Shown piece by piece: positions 1 through 15,301 of a stretch of 64,000 bases of DNA. Numbering within the stretch: the stretch's first letter is position 1; each line of letters opens with the position of its first letter. The notes beneath the pieces were generated by a model. The model saw only the letters and a list, made by a program, of their open reading frames with translations, ran no database searches and was not told where the DNA came from. The stretch is from NCBI GenBank assembly GCA_964016885.1, contig OZ024750.1:10168001-10232000 (forward strand), read 5' to 3'. The position numbers and the translations under genes were made by a program. The DNA is from Eledone cirrhosa (Eukaryota).

Positions 1-116
1 TATGTATATATATGTATATATATGTATATATATATATATATGTATATATATGTATATATATATATATATGTATATATATGTATATATATGTATATATATG
101 TATATGTATATATATG

Positions 117-147
<31 letters not shown>

Positions 148-416
148 GTATATATATGTATATATATATATATGTATATATATGTATATATGTATATATG
201 TATATATATGTATATATATATATATGTATATATATGTATATGTATATATATGTATATGTATATATATGTATATGTATATATATGTATATATATATATATG
301 TATATGTATATATATATATATGTATATATATGTATATATATGTATATGTATATATATGTATATATATATATATGTATATATATGTATATGTATATATATA
401 TATATGTATATATATG

Positions 417-463
<47 letters not shown>

Positions 464-474
464 GTATATATATG

Positions 475-505
<31 letters not shown>

Positions 506-620
506 GTATATATATGTATATATATGTATATATATATATATGTATATATATGTATATATATGTATATATATGTATATATATATATATGTATATATATGTA
601 TATATATATATATGTATATA
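1..620. repeat. Compound (TA)n/(TATG) microsatellite, continues off the left edge
   Basis: Alternating TA with interspersed TG, read directly. Confidence 0.98.
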
Positions 621-1174
621 TGGTCGGGTCGTTGGCGACTAAACTGGCAACCCCACCAAGGTTTCTTGGTGAGGAGGGTGACTTTGGACATCCTGCAGGA
701 CTAAAAACAAAACCTGTCAAAGGGCAAAGGAGCTCTTAAGAGTCAATGGCCATCCAAAATCACCGGGAGAGATGACCCCTTAGCCTTTGTCAAGGCAGAA
801 TTCTAGGAGAAGGAAAACTCTGATATAACACCTGCAACCCTGATGGTATCCAATGATGTTGACTTGTTCTTCTTTTTGGTAAATATCATCTTGGTTAAGA
901 GAGTGGGACTGGCTTTGTGCAGTGCCTTTGCTCACTATAAAAGCTTCACGGCACAGGCATTGCTTTATATCTGGAGATCTCTCTGCACTTGTCGTCACAT
1001 GGTACCATGGGCCCAGCACTATGTGTCAATAATTGTCACAAGTGTAGTGTTTGTACCAGAGTTTTCAAGTCACTGGCTGGACTAAAAAGTCACACTCGTT
1101 CAGCGCATCGGTAGGGGTTCTCCTACATGGATATAAAGTAGTGGCCGTACTCGAAAACGAGTTGGCAGCCACCA
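621..1174. mobile_element. Unique-sequence island in the TA array; left part resembles an RTE-clade LINE 5' UTR
   Basis: Balanced-GC 554-bp block flanked by TA repeats on both sides, with several stem-loops. The motif CTAGGAGAAGGAAAACTCTGAT (~803-824) resembles RTE/BovB-like 5' UTRs from memory; not searched. Confidence 0.4.
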
Positions 1175-1298
1175 TATATATATATATATGTATATATATG
1201 TATATATATATATATATGTAGATATATGTATATATATATGTATGTATATATATGTATATATATGTATATATATGTATATATATATATGTATATATATG

Positions 1299-1329
<31 letters not shown>

Positions 1330-1394
1330 GTATATATATATATGTATATATATATATGTATATATATATATGTATATATATATATGTATATGTA

Positions 1395-1435
<41 letters not shown>

Positions 1436-1480
1436 GTATATATATGTATATATATATATGTATATATATGTATATATATG

Positions 1481-1513
<33 letters not shown>

Positions 1514-1518
1514 GTATA

Positions 1519-1563
<45 letters not shown>

Positions 1564-1592
1564 GTATATATATATATATATGTATATATATG

Positions 1593-1628
<36 letters not shown>

Positions 1629-1640
1629 TGTATATATATG

Positions 1641-1675
<35 letters not shown>

Positions 1676-1690
1676 GTATATGTATATATG

Positions 1691-1721
<31 letters not shown>

Positions 1722-2527
1722 GTATATATATGTATATATATATATATATATGTATATATATGTATATATATATATATATATATATGTATATTTATGTATG
1801 TATATGTATATGTATATATATGTATATTTATGTATATATATGTATATGTATATATATATATGTATATATATGTATGTATATATGTGTATATGTATATATA
1901 TATATATGTATATATATGTATGTATATATGTGTATATGTATATATATATATATATGTATATATATGTATGTATATATGTGTATATGTATATATATATATA
2001 TATGTATATATATGTATGTATATATGTGTATATGTATATATATATATATGTATATATATGTATGTATATATGTGTATATGTATATATATATATATATGTA
2101 TATATATGTATGTATATATGTGTATATGTATATATATATATATATGTATATATATGTATGTATATATGTGTATATGTATATATATATATATATGTATATA
2201 TATGTATGTATATATGTGTATATGTATATATATATATATATGTATATATATGTATGTATATATGTGTATATGTATATATATATATATATGTATATATATG
2301 TATGTATATATGTGTATATGTATATATATATATATATGTATATATATGTATGTATATATGTGTATATGTATATATATGTATGTATATATGTGTATATGTA
2401 TATATATGTATGTATATATGTGTATATGTATATATATGTATATATATGTATGTATATATATGTATATGTATATATATGTATATATATATATATGTATATA
2501 TATGTATGTATTATATGTATATGTATA

Positions 2528-2576
<49 letters not shown>

Positions 2577-2577
2577 G

Positions 2578-2608
<31 letters not shown>

Positions 2609-3027
2609 GTATATATATGTATATGTATATATATGTATATGTATATATATGTATATATATGTATATATATGTATATATATGTATATGTATATATATGTAT
2701 ATATATGTGTATATATATGTATATATATATGTATATATATGTATGTATATATATGTGTATATATATGTGTATATATATGTATATATATGTATATATATAT
2801 GTATATATATGTGTATATATATGTATATATATATGTATATATATGTATATATATATGTATGTATATATATGTATATATATGTATATATATATGTATGTAT
2901 ATATATGTATATATATGTATGTATATATGTATATATATGTATATATATGTATATATATATGTATATATATATGTATATATATATGTATATATATGTATAT
3001 ATATATGTATATATATATGTATATATG

Positions 3028-3067
<40 letters not shown>

Positions 3068-3159
3068 TATGTATATATATATGTATATATATATGTATAT
3101 ATATATGTATATATATATGTATATATGTATATATATATGTATGTATATATATATGTATG

Positions 3160-3196
<37 letters not shown>

Positions 3197-4838
3197 TATA
3201 TATGTATATATATGTGTATATATATGTATATATATGTGTATATATATGTATATATATGTGTATATATATGTATATATATGTATATATATATATGCATATA
3301 TATGTATATATATGTATATATATATATGTATATATATGTATATATATATATGTATATATATGTATATATATGTATATATATATATGTATATATATGTATA
3401 TATATATATGTATATATATGTATATATATGTATATATATGTATATATATATATGTATATATATGTATATATATGTATATATATATATGTATATATATGTA
3501 TATATATATATATGTATATATATGTATATGTATATATATGTATATATATATATGTATATATATGTATATGTATATATATATGTATATATATGTATATGTA
3601 TATATATGTATATATATATATGTATATATATGTATATGTATATATATAGTATATATGTATATGTATATATATGTATATGTATATATATGTATATATAGTG
3701 TATATATATGTATATATATATATATGTATATATATGTATATGTATATATATGTATATGTATATATATGTATATGTATATATATATATATGTATATATATG
3801 TATATGTATATATATGTATATATATATTGTATGTATATGTATATGTATGTATATGTATATATATGTATATGTATATATATGTATATGTATATATATGTAT
3901 ATGTATGTATATGTATGTATATGTATATATATGTATATGTATATATATGTATATATATGTATATATGTATATGTATATATATGTATATGTATATATATGT
4001 ATATGTATGTATATGTATATATATGTATATATATATATGTATATGTATATATATGTATATGTATATATATGTATATATATATATATGTATATGTATATAT
4101 ATGTATATGTATATATATGTATATATATGTATATATATATATATGTATATATATGTATATATATATATATGTATATATATGTGTATATATGTGTATATAT
4201 ATATGTGTATATATGTGTATATATATATGTGTATATATATGTATATATGTGTATATATATATATGTATATATATGTGTATATATATATGTGTATATATAT
4301 ATGTGTATATATATATATGTGTATATATATATATGTGTATATATATATATGTGTATATATATATGTGTATATATATATGTGTATATATATATGTGTATAT
4401 ATATATATGTGTATATATATATGTGTATATATATATATGTGTATATATATATGTGTATATATATATGTGTATATATATATATATGTGTATATATATATGT
4501 GTATATATATATGTGTATATATATATGTATATATATATGTGTATATATGTGTATATATATATGTGTATATATATGTGTATATATATGTGTATATATATAT
4601 GTGTATATATATGTGTATATATATATGTGTATATATATGTGTATATATATATATGTGTATATATATATGTGTATATATATATATGTGTATATATATATGT
4701 GTATATATATATGTGTATATATATATGTGTATATATATATATGTGTATATATATATGTGTATATATATATGTGTATATATATATGTGTATATATAATGTA
4801 TATATATATATATATGTGTATATATATGTATATATATA

Positions 4839-4874
<36 letters not shown>

Positions 4875-4985
4875 ATATATATGTGTATATATATGTATAT
4901 ATATATGTGTATATATATATATATGTGTATATATATGTATATATATATGTGTATATATATATATATATATATGTGTATATATATG

Positions 4986-5017
<32 letters not shown>

Positions 5018-5242
5018 TGTGTATATATATATATATATATGTGTATATATATGTATATATATATATGTGTATATATATATATATTATATATGTGTATATA
5101 TATGTATATATATATATGTATATATATATATGTGTATATATATATGTATATATATATATGTGTATGTATATATATGTATATATATATATGTATATATATA
5201 TATGTGTATGTATATATATGTATATATATATATGTATATATA

Positions 5243-5274
<32 letters not shown>

Positions 5275-5343
5275 CATATATATATACATACATATATATA
5301 TACATACAAATATATATATATACATACAAATATATATATATAC

Positions 5344-5376
<33 letters not shown>

Positions 5377-6264
5377 CACATATATATATATACACATATA
5401 TATATATACACATATATGTATATATATACACATATATGTATATATATATATCTGTGTATATATGTATATATATATGTGTGAATATGTATTATGTGTAAAT
5501 ATGTATATAGATATATCTGTATATATGTATATATATATATCTGTATGTATGTATATATATATATCTGTATGTATGTATATATATATATCTGTATGTATGT
5601 ATATATATATATCTGTATGTATGTATATATATATATCTGTATATATGTATATATATATATCTGTATATATGTATATATATATATCTGTATATATGTATAT
5701 ATATATATCTGTATATATGTATATATATATATCTGTATATATGTATATATATATATCTGTATATATGTATATATATATATCTGTATATATGTATATATAT
5801 ATATCTGTATATATGTATATATATATATCTGTATATATGTATATATATATATCTGTATATATGTATATATATATATCTGTATATATGTATATATATATAT
5901 CTGTATATATGTATATATATATATCTGTATATATGTATATATATATATCTGTATATATGTATATATATATATCTGTATATATGTATATATATATATCTGT
6001 ATATATGTATATATATATCTGTATATATGTATATATATATATCTGTATATATGTATATATATATCTGTATATATGTATATATATATATATATGTATATGT
6101 ATATATATATATATCTGTGTATATATGTATATATATCTGTGTATATATGTATATATATATATCTGTGTGTATATATATATATCTGTGTGTATATATATAT
6201 ATGTATGTATATATATATATATGTATGTATATATATATGTATGTATGTATATATATATATATGT

Positions 6265-6295
<31 letters not shown>

Positions 6296-6329
6296 TATAT
6301 ATATATATATATATGTGTATATATATATA

Positions 6330-6360
<31 letters not shown>

Positions 6361-8440
6361 GTGTATATATATATATATATATATGTGTATATATATATAT
6401 ATATATATGTGTGTATATATATATATATATATGTGTGTATATATATATATATATATGTGTGTATATATATATATATATGTGTGTATATATATATATATAT
6501 GTGTGTATATATATATATATATGTGTGTATATATATATATATATGTGTATATATATATGTGTATATATATGTATATATATATCTATGTATGTATATATAT
6601 ATCTATGTATGTATATATATATCTATGTGTGTATATATATATATATATGTGTATATATATATGTGTATATATATATGTGTATATATATGTATATATATAT
6701 ATATCTATGTATGTATATATATATCTATGTATGTATATATATATCTATGTATGTATATATATATCTATGTATGTATATATATATCTATGTATGTATATAT
6801 ATATCTATGTATGTATATATATATCTATGTATGTATATATATATCTATGTATGTATATATATATCTATGTATGTATATATATATCTATGTATGTATATAT
6901 ATATCTATGTATGTATATATATATCTATGTATGTATATATATATCTATGTATGTATATATATATCTATGTATGTATATATATATCTATGTATGTATATAT
7001 ATATCTATGTATGTATATATATATCTATATATGTATATATATATCTATATATGTATATATATATCTATGTATGTATATATATATCTATGTATGTATATAT
7101 ATATCTATGTATATATATGTATATATATATCTATGTATGTATATATATATCTATGTATATGTATGTATATATATATCTATGTATATGTATGTATATATAT
7201 ATCTATGTATATATATGTATATATATATCTATGTATATGTATGTATATATATATCTATGTATATATATGTATATATATATCTATGTATATATATGTATAT
7301 ATATATCTATGTATATATATGTATATATATATCTATGTATATATATGTATATATATATCTATGTATATATATGTATATATATATCTATGTATATATATGT
7401 ATATATATATCTATGTATATATATGTATATATATATCTATGTATATATATGTATATATATATCTATGTATATATATGTATATATATATCTATGTATATAT
7501 ATGTATATATATATCTATGTATATATATGTATATATATATCTATGTATATATATGTATATATATATCTATGTATATATATGTATATATATATCTATGTAT
7601 ATATATGTATATATATATCTATGTATATATATGTATATATATATCTATGTATATATATGTATATATATATCTATGTATATATATGTATATATATATCTAT
7701 GTATATATATGTATATATATATCTATGTATATATATGTATATATATATCTATGTATATATATGTATATATATATCTATGTATATATATGTATATATATAT
7801 CTATGTATATATATGTATATATATATCTATGTATATATATGTATATATATATCTATGTATATATATGTATATATATATCTATGTATATATATGTATATAT
7901 ATATCTATGTATATATATGTATATATATATCTATGTATATATATGTATATATATATCTATGTATATATATGTATATATATATCTATGTATATATATGTAT
8001 ATATATATCTATGTATATATATGTATATGTATATCTATGTATATATATGTATATGTATATATATGTATCTATGTATATATATGTATCTATGTATCTATGT
8101 ATATATATGTATCTATGTATATATATGTATCTATGTATATCTATGTATCTATGTATATCTATGTATCTATGTATCTATGTATATATATATCTATATATCT
8201 ATGTATATATATATCTATGTATATATGTATATATATATCTATGTATATATGTATATATATATCTATGTATATATGTATATATATATCTATGTATATATGT
8301 ATATATATATATCTGTGTATATATATATCTATATATGTGTATATATATATATATATGTATATGAGTATGTGTGCATATGTGTATTTATGAATATACATCT
8401 TTGTATATGCATATGTGTATATATGTATATATATTTGTGT
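1175..8440. repeat. ~7.3 kb compound TA-based micro/minisatellite with successive higher-order units
   Basis: (TA)n with G or C interruptions. Sub-arrays include a 24-bp ATCTGT-containing unit (~5640-6000), a 20-bp ATATCTATGTATGTATATAT unit (~6700-7100) and a 26-bp unit (~7250-8010). Confidence 0.98.
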
Positions 8441-8449
8441 ATTATTTTA

Positions 8450-9285
8450 TTACGTGTTCCAGCCGACATGCCGAGGTGATGCTCGGGCACCGCCATTGAT
8501 GCTACACTCTCTATAACCAGCCTTTCCTGGTTGGCCATTCATGCAAAAAGGAGTTTGTTGTTGCCACCCTTATTTCCTATTTGCCTCGTGCTGTTCATCT
8601 GGGATCTTGGTCAGTAGAATGTTACGATGTCTCTTGAAAACATCCACATGCACACCATGCTGACCCCCCAGACTTTCTGGCAGCTTATTAAAACGCTGGG
8701 GTCCTTTGAATCCCAGGCTATTGCAGTATGTGGTCCTTATTCTTGATGTGACGGGTAGGACCTCAGGCACTAAAGAGTAGCTTATTAAAGAGTTGGGGGT
8801 CCCTTGAACCCCAGGCTATTGCAGTATGTGATCCTTATTCTTCATGTGACGGATGGGACCTTTTGCACTACACAGTGCCGTCCTGTTCGTGGGCTGGTCC
8901 TACCTGCAATGCCGAAGTATGGTGCTAACTCTTCCAGGATCTTCCATGCGTATATCACTGCGTATCTCTCCCATCTTTGCTCGAGGGAGTAGAGCTTTTA
9001 TTTTTTCAGCCTCTCCTAGTAGCTCATCTCTTTCATTGAGGCAATCCTCTTGTTGAAGCTTTGTTAATTTGACACTGTGGGACAACCACAGCTGAGAGCA
9101 ATAGTCCTGTCTGCTGTGGAAGCAAATCCTCCAGAGGACCAGCATAGTTTCTGGGTCTCTTGTCCTGAAAGTCCCCCAAATCCAACCTGTCAGTCATCTG
9201 TATATTGCTGTCACTTTGGTGATGTGTGCATGAAACTATGCATCATTGCTCATGTCAATACCCAGGTCCTGTATTGATTTTGACT
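8450..9285 (-). mobile_element. 5'-truncated, decayed CR1/L2-like LINE (ORF2 C-terminus and 3' tail) with an internal ~70-bp duplication
   Basis: Minus-strand peptides DLGIDMSND, GWIWGTFRTRDPETMLVLW...DYCSQLW, ERYAVIYAWKILE and NSLGFKGPQRFNKLP match the post-RT region of CR1/Jockey-group LINEs, with stops and frameshifts. ~8697-8762 is repeated at ~8795-8860. Confidence 0.8.
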
Positions 9286-9725
9286 CGGGGTGGGGGTGAT
9301 GGTGGTGGTGGATTTATTTCGATATATGTATATGTAATGTGGAAGATGGACATTAAACGATAATGATGACACACACACACACACACATACATACATACAT
9401 ACATACATATTTGATCCTTCTAAGACTTAAGACGTTCTTAGTCAAAACGTTTAGTTAACTTATGTTTCAGTATAGAATATATTATAAACGTTGTCAGTAT
9501 TATTTGATACTCCACTCTAAATTGGGCAGGGGGGACATTTTATAACTAGTATTGCTATCATAAGAGAAGTCTTGAACACCTGAGTCAATATTTCAGAATT
9601 AAATTATGAAGTTATAGTGTGTGTGTTGCTGTGAAATTCCGAAAATGTCGACAACTGCTCCCCATATTACTAAATCTTCCCTGTACAGTTTGTGTGTGTG
9701 ATATTGACGTGGTTATATGATGAGT

Positions 9726-9727
<2 letters not shown>

Positions 9728-9765
<38 letters not shown>
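9728..9765. repeat. (GT)n microsatellite
   Basis: ~19 GT units. Confidence 0.95.
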
Positions 9766-9768
<3 letters not shown>

Positions 9769-10924
9769 AGATTTGAACATAACTTTGCTACTGACTGTCT
9801 GATAAGCTCAATGTTGATTGTATGTCTGTGTGTGTGTTCAGATAGGTAGCCACCCCTGCCCCTCTTTCATTTCTCTCTATCCTCAATGAAAGACTTGCAA
9901 TTACAATTGATTTAATGCTACAACAACTACAACTACTCTCAATGTCACTCCCACGCCCCAATGTTCTATTACTCATGTCCACCACCACTACCATGGTAGC
10001 TGTTGCTCTAGTCTCCCACCACCACCATTGCGTCTGTTGCTGGAGTCTAGTTTTGATGGTTTAACCCATATTTTGTAATCTTTGCAATTTCCTGCCTCCT
10101 CTCCTTCCTTACACATTCAGTGTTTTAAGGTGTAGGTGTTTCTTCAAGTAGACCCTCAGCCATTGCTGTCTGAGTGTCTTCGTTAAAATAAATTGTAAAA
10201 AGACCTGTCCCTACCTTCCAAAAAACCAAACACACAGACCTAATACTTAATGTAATTAGTAGTCGTTAACAAGTGTTTCAATGATTGTTCATTAGGATTC
10301 CAAGTAATTTGGATGTTCTTTTATAACACTTGCTGTTGTGACTAAATCATGTCTAGTTTCTAATTTATTAAATTACTAAAAACAAGAACAAAATTATTCA
10401 AAATTCCTTTTTATATTTTCAGCATGGAATGAATGTTTTCATTGCATATCATTGTTAACTCTGTTTTTACATTCATTTTTATATGCTGAAAATGTCTGCA
10501 GAAATCTTCAGTACAATATCTCTTGTCTTTATCATCTGTTGTTTGAGGTCCTTCATTCTCAGATCTGACATAACCTTTTCTCCCCAAGTCCTTCATTGTC
10601 TCTATCTTTACTGTGTGTGTAACTTACCTTCCACCATAAACCAAAAGTTTCTCTGTTTCTTGTTTGAATCCGGAATGCATTAGTCATTATCATTGTAATG
10701 TCCATACCAAAGTAGTCTCTTGTATGTCATACATCTCTAATGTTTGCTGCTCATATAATTATGTCCCCACTCACATCTCTTATTCCTGCAACTGCCAGAC
10801 TTCACTCTCTTTAAGGTCACCTCTCTCTCTCTCTCTCTCTTACCTCCTCCATCAGCTAGCAACATGTAGCCTTCCTTCTCCACTATCACTCCCACCGCAC
10901 CACTGCCTCCCCAGTCAGGCTGAG

Positions 10925-11205
10925 GACAAGATGCACTCAGCCTACTCTGTAAAGTGGTAGTGCTGTTGCAATGATAAGATGCACTCAGCCTACTCTGTAA
11001 AGTGGTAGTGCTGTTGCCATGATAAAATGCACTCAGTCACTCTGTAAAGAGGTAGTGCTGGTGTTATGATAAAATAACCGGTACATGTGAAGTAGTTGGC
11101 ATTAAGAAGGGCATGCAACCATTTGACCTGTCTAGCCTCAAAACATGACAGCCTGTCTAACCCATGCAAATATGGAAAATATTCAGTAAAACAGTGATGA
11201 TGATC
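10925..11205 (+). mobile_element. SINE 3' part with a ~49-bp tandem duplication
   Basis: AGATGCACTCAGCCTACTCTGTAAAGTGGTAGTGCTGTTG repeated, then gttggcattaagaagggcat...ctaacccatgc...gatgatgat tail shared with many copies in the window. Confidence 0.65.
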
Positions 11206-11954
11206 TATGACAAATTCTCCATTTTTAACAATGAGCATTTTGTTGTTTGATCAACTGAATGACTGACTGGTTTAATTCAGAGGCAAGTGGCTGAGTATTC
11301 CACTGATATGTATCTTTAGCATAAGTCCCTAACAGAATCAATGTGACAAGGCTGGGCTGTTGGATTACAGGTACAATCCATTCAGCAAGCTGTTACACAG
11401 TTCCTGTCTACATAGTTTAACTCACAATGTTTGGGTCAACCCCAAAGCTTAAATATAAGTTGACCCTAATTTTACCATTGTTTTTTTTTTTTTGTATTTT
11501 TGTCACATATTTCTTTTTACATGTATATATGGGTAATTTCTGAAGCTTTGTTACCATATTTCTGATAAAAGAGACTGATTTTCAACTCATTTGAAAATAT
11601 CACAAATTTGGAGGGATTTAATAAGAACTTGCTTATTATTTTGTGATTTGAACATAACTTGACAAAGATACTTACATAGAATTATAATGGATGGTTTTTA
11701 GATAAATATAAAGATTTTAAAACACTTTAACTATCAAAAGGCATATGAGGTAAATATATGGTATAAACAGCTATTTTGTCCATTTATAAGTGTATATATA
11801 TTTAATGCTGTGTTGTTTTTTTAATTACTAGATGCATTCTTGCAACCAGTTGGTAAATGTAATGAACCTTTTTTTTGTCACACAAACTTTATCATTATCT
11901 GGTTTGTCATTTATACATTTCTTCCTGGTTCACAAATGATGTTTAGACATTTTG

Positions 11955-12140
11955 ATGCCATTCACATTGGTCTCTAGCAATTCTGGTCCTTGTCCCACGT
12001 AAGATGCTTTTCTCTCAGTTCACCTTCTTATGTCAGGTGTTCTTTGGCCGGCCAAGCGTTCACTTTCTAGATGGTATCCACCTTCATTCTACTTTTGGTG
12101 TCCTGTCTTTGTCTATTTTGAGTACATGACCTAGCCACTA
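11955..12140 (-). mobile_element. Decayed RTE-clade LINE 3' fragment
   Basis: Minus-strand WLGHVLKIDKDRTPKVE*RWIP...GRPKNT, the RTE C-terminal motif. Confidence 0.65.
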
Positions 12141-12229
12141 GCAATCAAGACCACATGAACCACAATGAAAAAAAATGTTGTTTGGCTTTTATTTTATTAT
12201 TTTGAAATTCAAATAAAGTCAGCTTAAGA

Positions 12230-12560
12230 TATTAAGTGGGTACTCAGCACCATTACTGCAGAGATACTTGCAGTGGCCCAATGTAAAATGGAATGAATCA
12301 TGCTCCGTCTCACCTTATTAGGCAGGAAGAACACCTGGATTTCACAGCAGACTGGCGTGAAGGGCATAATCAAGACCATCAAGAAAGGCAAACATAGATG
12401 GGCTGGCCACATCTCTCATTTCAGAGACAACAGGTGGACTATTAGAGTGACAGAGTGGACACCAAAGCAGTAGAGAAGAACCAGAAGGTGGCCAAAGGCC
12501 AGATGGCGTGATGACCTGACCCAATACCTCGGCCCCACATGGTCCAATATAATCAAAGAT
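12230..12560 (+). mobile_element. Decayed RTE-clade LINE 3' fragment
   Basis: TWISQQTGVKGIIKTIKKGKHRWAGHISHFRDNRWTIRVTEWTPK...PKARWRDDL, a typical RTE ORF C-terminus, with stops. Confidence 0.8.
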
Positions 12561-13746
12561 AAAGTCTAATGTGTTTTTCCTTTACGTTGGTATGATGTAA
12601 TTTGAGGGAAATTTCACTGCTATTTTTAGCAGGTCAAACAACTGTACAGGTTCTGTTCTCTTATTGGTTTGGTTTTATTAGGTTTAGTGGTGATGGCAAG
12701 ACTTTGAATTGTAATGTCTCAAAGAGAGGACAAAGCACCTAGTTATTCTCTGAACTGTTTCTGTTGTCTGTTCCTCTTTATTAATGTTGAAATTTATTCT
12801 AAATCTTTACATACTGATTCTTGATCCTTAGTATAAAAAGGGTTAATCCAACACTTTACCACTTACTGTTGTGTTTGGAATGATTGCCAATATACACTAT
12901 CCATTATTTAGAAGTGAGTAACACTGTAGACAGTTATTTAAATTACTACTTTCTCAATCTTTAAGTGTTTCCTTCGGTTCTCTCTTATAGAATTTCTCAA
13001 TTGGTTTTAGTGAGGATAAAGTGCTTCTTTTTTTTTTGTTTTTTCTTGTTAATGTCTATACATTGGTGTTTACAATTTTGTCTGTTGATTCATCATATAC
13101 TTCCATATAAGTTGCTTCTCAATTTATGATGTACTCAATATTTTGATTGAAGTTATGTAGGACTAGTAGGTAAGTTGTAAGCTGGTTTTTCATGTATTTT
13201 CATTGTAAAAGATGTGATATATATACATTAGTACATACGGTAATCAATTTTCTTTCCTTTCAGTTTTTATTTCTTAAAAACTAAAATATTACTATCATTG
13301 TTCTTCATTTATAATGTTCTTTACTGAATTTTGACTTCACCTTTTCAACTTAATGAAATAGAACTTAGATACTGGGATTGACTGATTCAATTATTTCTAC
13401 TCCACTCCCTCTTCTGTAGTTACCTGGTCTGTACCTATGTAAGAAATAGTTATTAGTGTTATTGTTGTTAGTAGAGCCATAGACGAAATTCCTTGAGGTC
13501 TTTAGTTTGAGTTCACTTCAAGGTTGATAATATAATTATCAGACAAGTACTGGGAGTGACATAATTGATGACATTTAACTCCAACTATTTATTGGGGTTG
13601 AATTAACTTCACTCCACTCAAATGAATATTATGCTTCACTTAATCAACTGTACTCCACTCAGATAAGTACAGGGGTTGATTTAATGGACTACACTCCACA
13701 CAAAATATGTGTATTTATGCCAATGTTAGAACTCATCATTGAACTA

Positions 13747-14060
13747 AGACTAAATATATTTAGTTCCACCTGTTCCCCATCCTGCTACTAAGAATATAGA
13801 ACACCAGACTAAATATATTTAGTTCCACCTATTCCCCATCCTGCTTTTAACAACATAGAACACCAGACTAAATATATTTAGTTCCACCTATTCCCCATCC
13901 TGCTTTTAACAATATAGAACACCAGACTAAATATATTTAGTTCCACCTATTCCCCATCATGCTTTTAACAATATAGAACACCAGACTAAATATATTTAGT
14001 TCCACCTGTTCCCCATCATGCTATTAACAATATAGAACACCAGACTAAATATATTTAGTT
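13747..14060. repeat. 59-bp minisatellite, ~5.3 copies
   Basis: Unit AGACTAAATATATTTAGTTCCACCTATTCCCCATCCTGCTTTTAACAATATAGAACACC starts at 13747, 13806, 13865, 13924, 13983 and 14042. Confidence 0.95.
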
Positions 14061-15301
14061 TTACACCACCCATTGCTTTTAGGTTTTAATCTTGCCAATG
14101 TTAATTTCGTCAGTCATTGTTCTGTCATCAATAAAATAATAATCAATAATATTGTGAAGTGTATTCAGTCACCCATTACCTATTGTCCTGCAAATATAGG
14201 CTTTGAGTTTAGCCAAAAGAACATCATATTAATTAACCATTACTATTAATAGAGACAAGGTTTTTACTTGGCTTTGCTTTACATTGTCATCTGAGGTTGA
14301 TAAATACCAGTAATATATTAGAGATCCTTCTCAATTATATTGGCCTAAAATGACAAAATACTTACTCATCTGGACTGACTGTTTATGCATCAGTGTTTTC
14401 CCGAGGCTCAGCCTCTGGATCTGTGAGCCAGTCAAATGCCATTGTTGATCCACTGTGAACTCTTTTGGCTTCCATCCACTATCTTGCCATTACAGCATTG
14501 GCCACTTTGCATGCTATGCTGCTCTCAGCGATGGCTTGGATATGCAGGCCTCCCTTTCCAACTCGAGCCAGTGAAGTTTAAATGTTACAATAGGGCCCAG
14601 GGAACTATCTATGTTTCTGAGTTCAAATCCTACAAGAGTAAACTATTTTTTCACTGTTGTCAATTTATGTTTGTTTCCATGTTGTGTGTCCAATGAGTAG
14701 CCATGATCTGAGTCAGTTCTTAATCTGCCCTCCTAGATAGGTCAGTGATAAAGGGTGTTGGTAAGTGGGATTGTGGCCAGATCTACTGTTATACAAGTGA
14801 CTTAGCAATTATTGTATAGAAGGAGGCTAGTTCATGGAAACTTAAAATGTATATAATGAGTGGTGGTTTCTTAAATGTAGATATGTCCCAACCTCTGTCA
14901 CTATCACCAATTTATAGCCATTTTCCCATGTTTGTATGGGGTTGGGAGTAGGGTGGCTCTTCTCCATCAGTGTTTCACCATGTATTGTGGTCCTTTGACA
15001 TTTCTTTATGAGGTTCAGCCTCTTGAGATCATTCCTCACCATGTCCTCCTAGCTCTCCTGCTAAAATATTATCTGTTTGGGTTAATCAGTTTATTTTAAT
15101 TTTCTTATTTGCAAAAAGAAATATTTGATATTATTTTGCTCAATCTTTTTTGATTTTATTCAAATAGATTGTTTTTCATCCATGAAATTTGAAAACTGGT
15201 TTAAAGAAAATATGCTTATTGTTTTTGATTGAGTAAATTATTCAAAAATGTACATTTGTTTTAACAAAGTTGTGGTTGTTGGTCTCTTGCAAGACTGTTG
15301 G

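Noticed and set aside
2-8479. Very long ORFs (up to 1602 aa) of Y/I/M/C/V/H/T on both strands
   Set aside because: Alternating TA/TG repeats cannot easily form stop codons, and the ORFs occur in all frames on both strands. These are microsatellite artefacts.
13747-14060. CRISPR-like look (palindromic repeat at regular spacing); also considered for 31825-32441 and 51424-52016
   Set aside because: The intervening sequences are near-identical rather than unique spacers, there are no cas genes, and the context is eukaryotic.
14360-14560. Possible 3' end of an R2/Hero-type retrotransposon on the minus strand
   Set aside because: Only a vague resemblance from memory; no diagnostic motif is readable.
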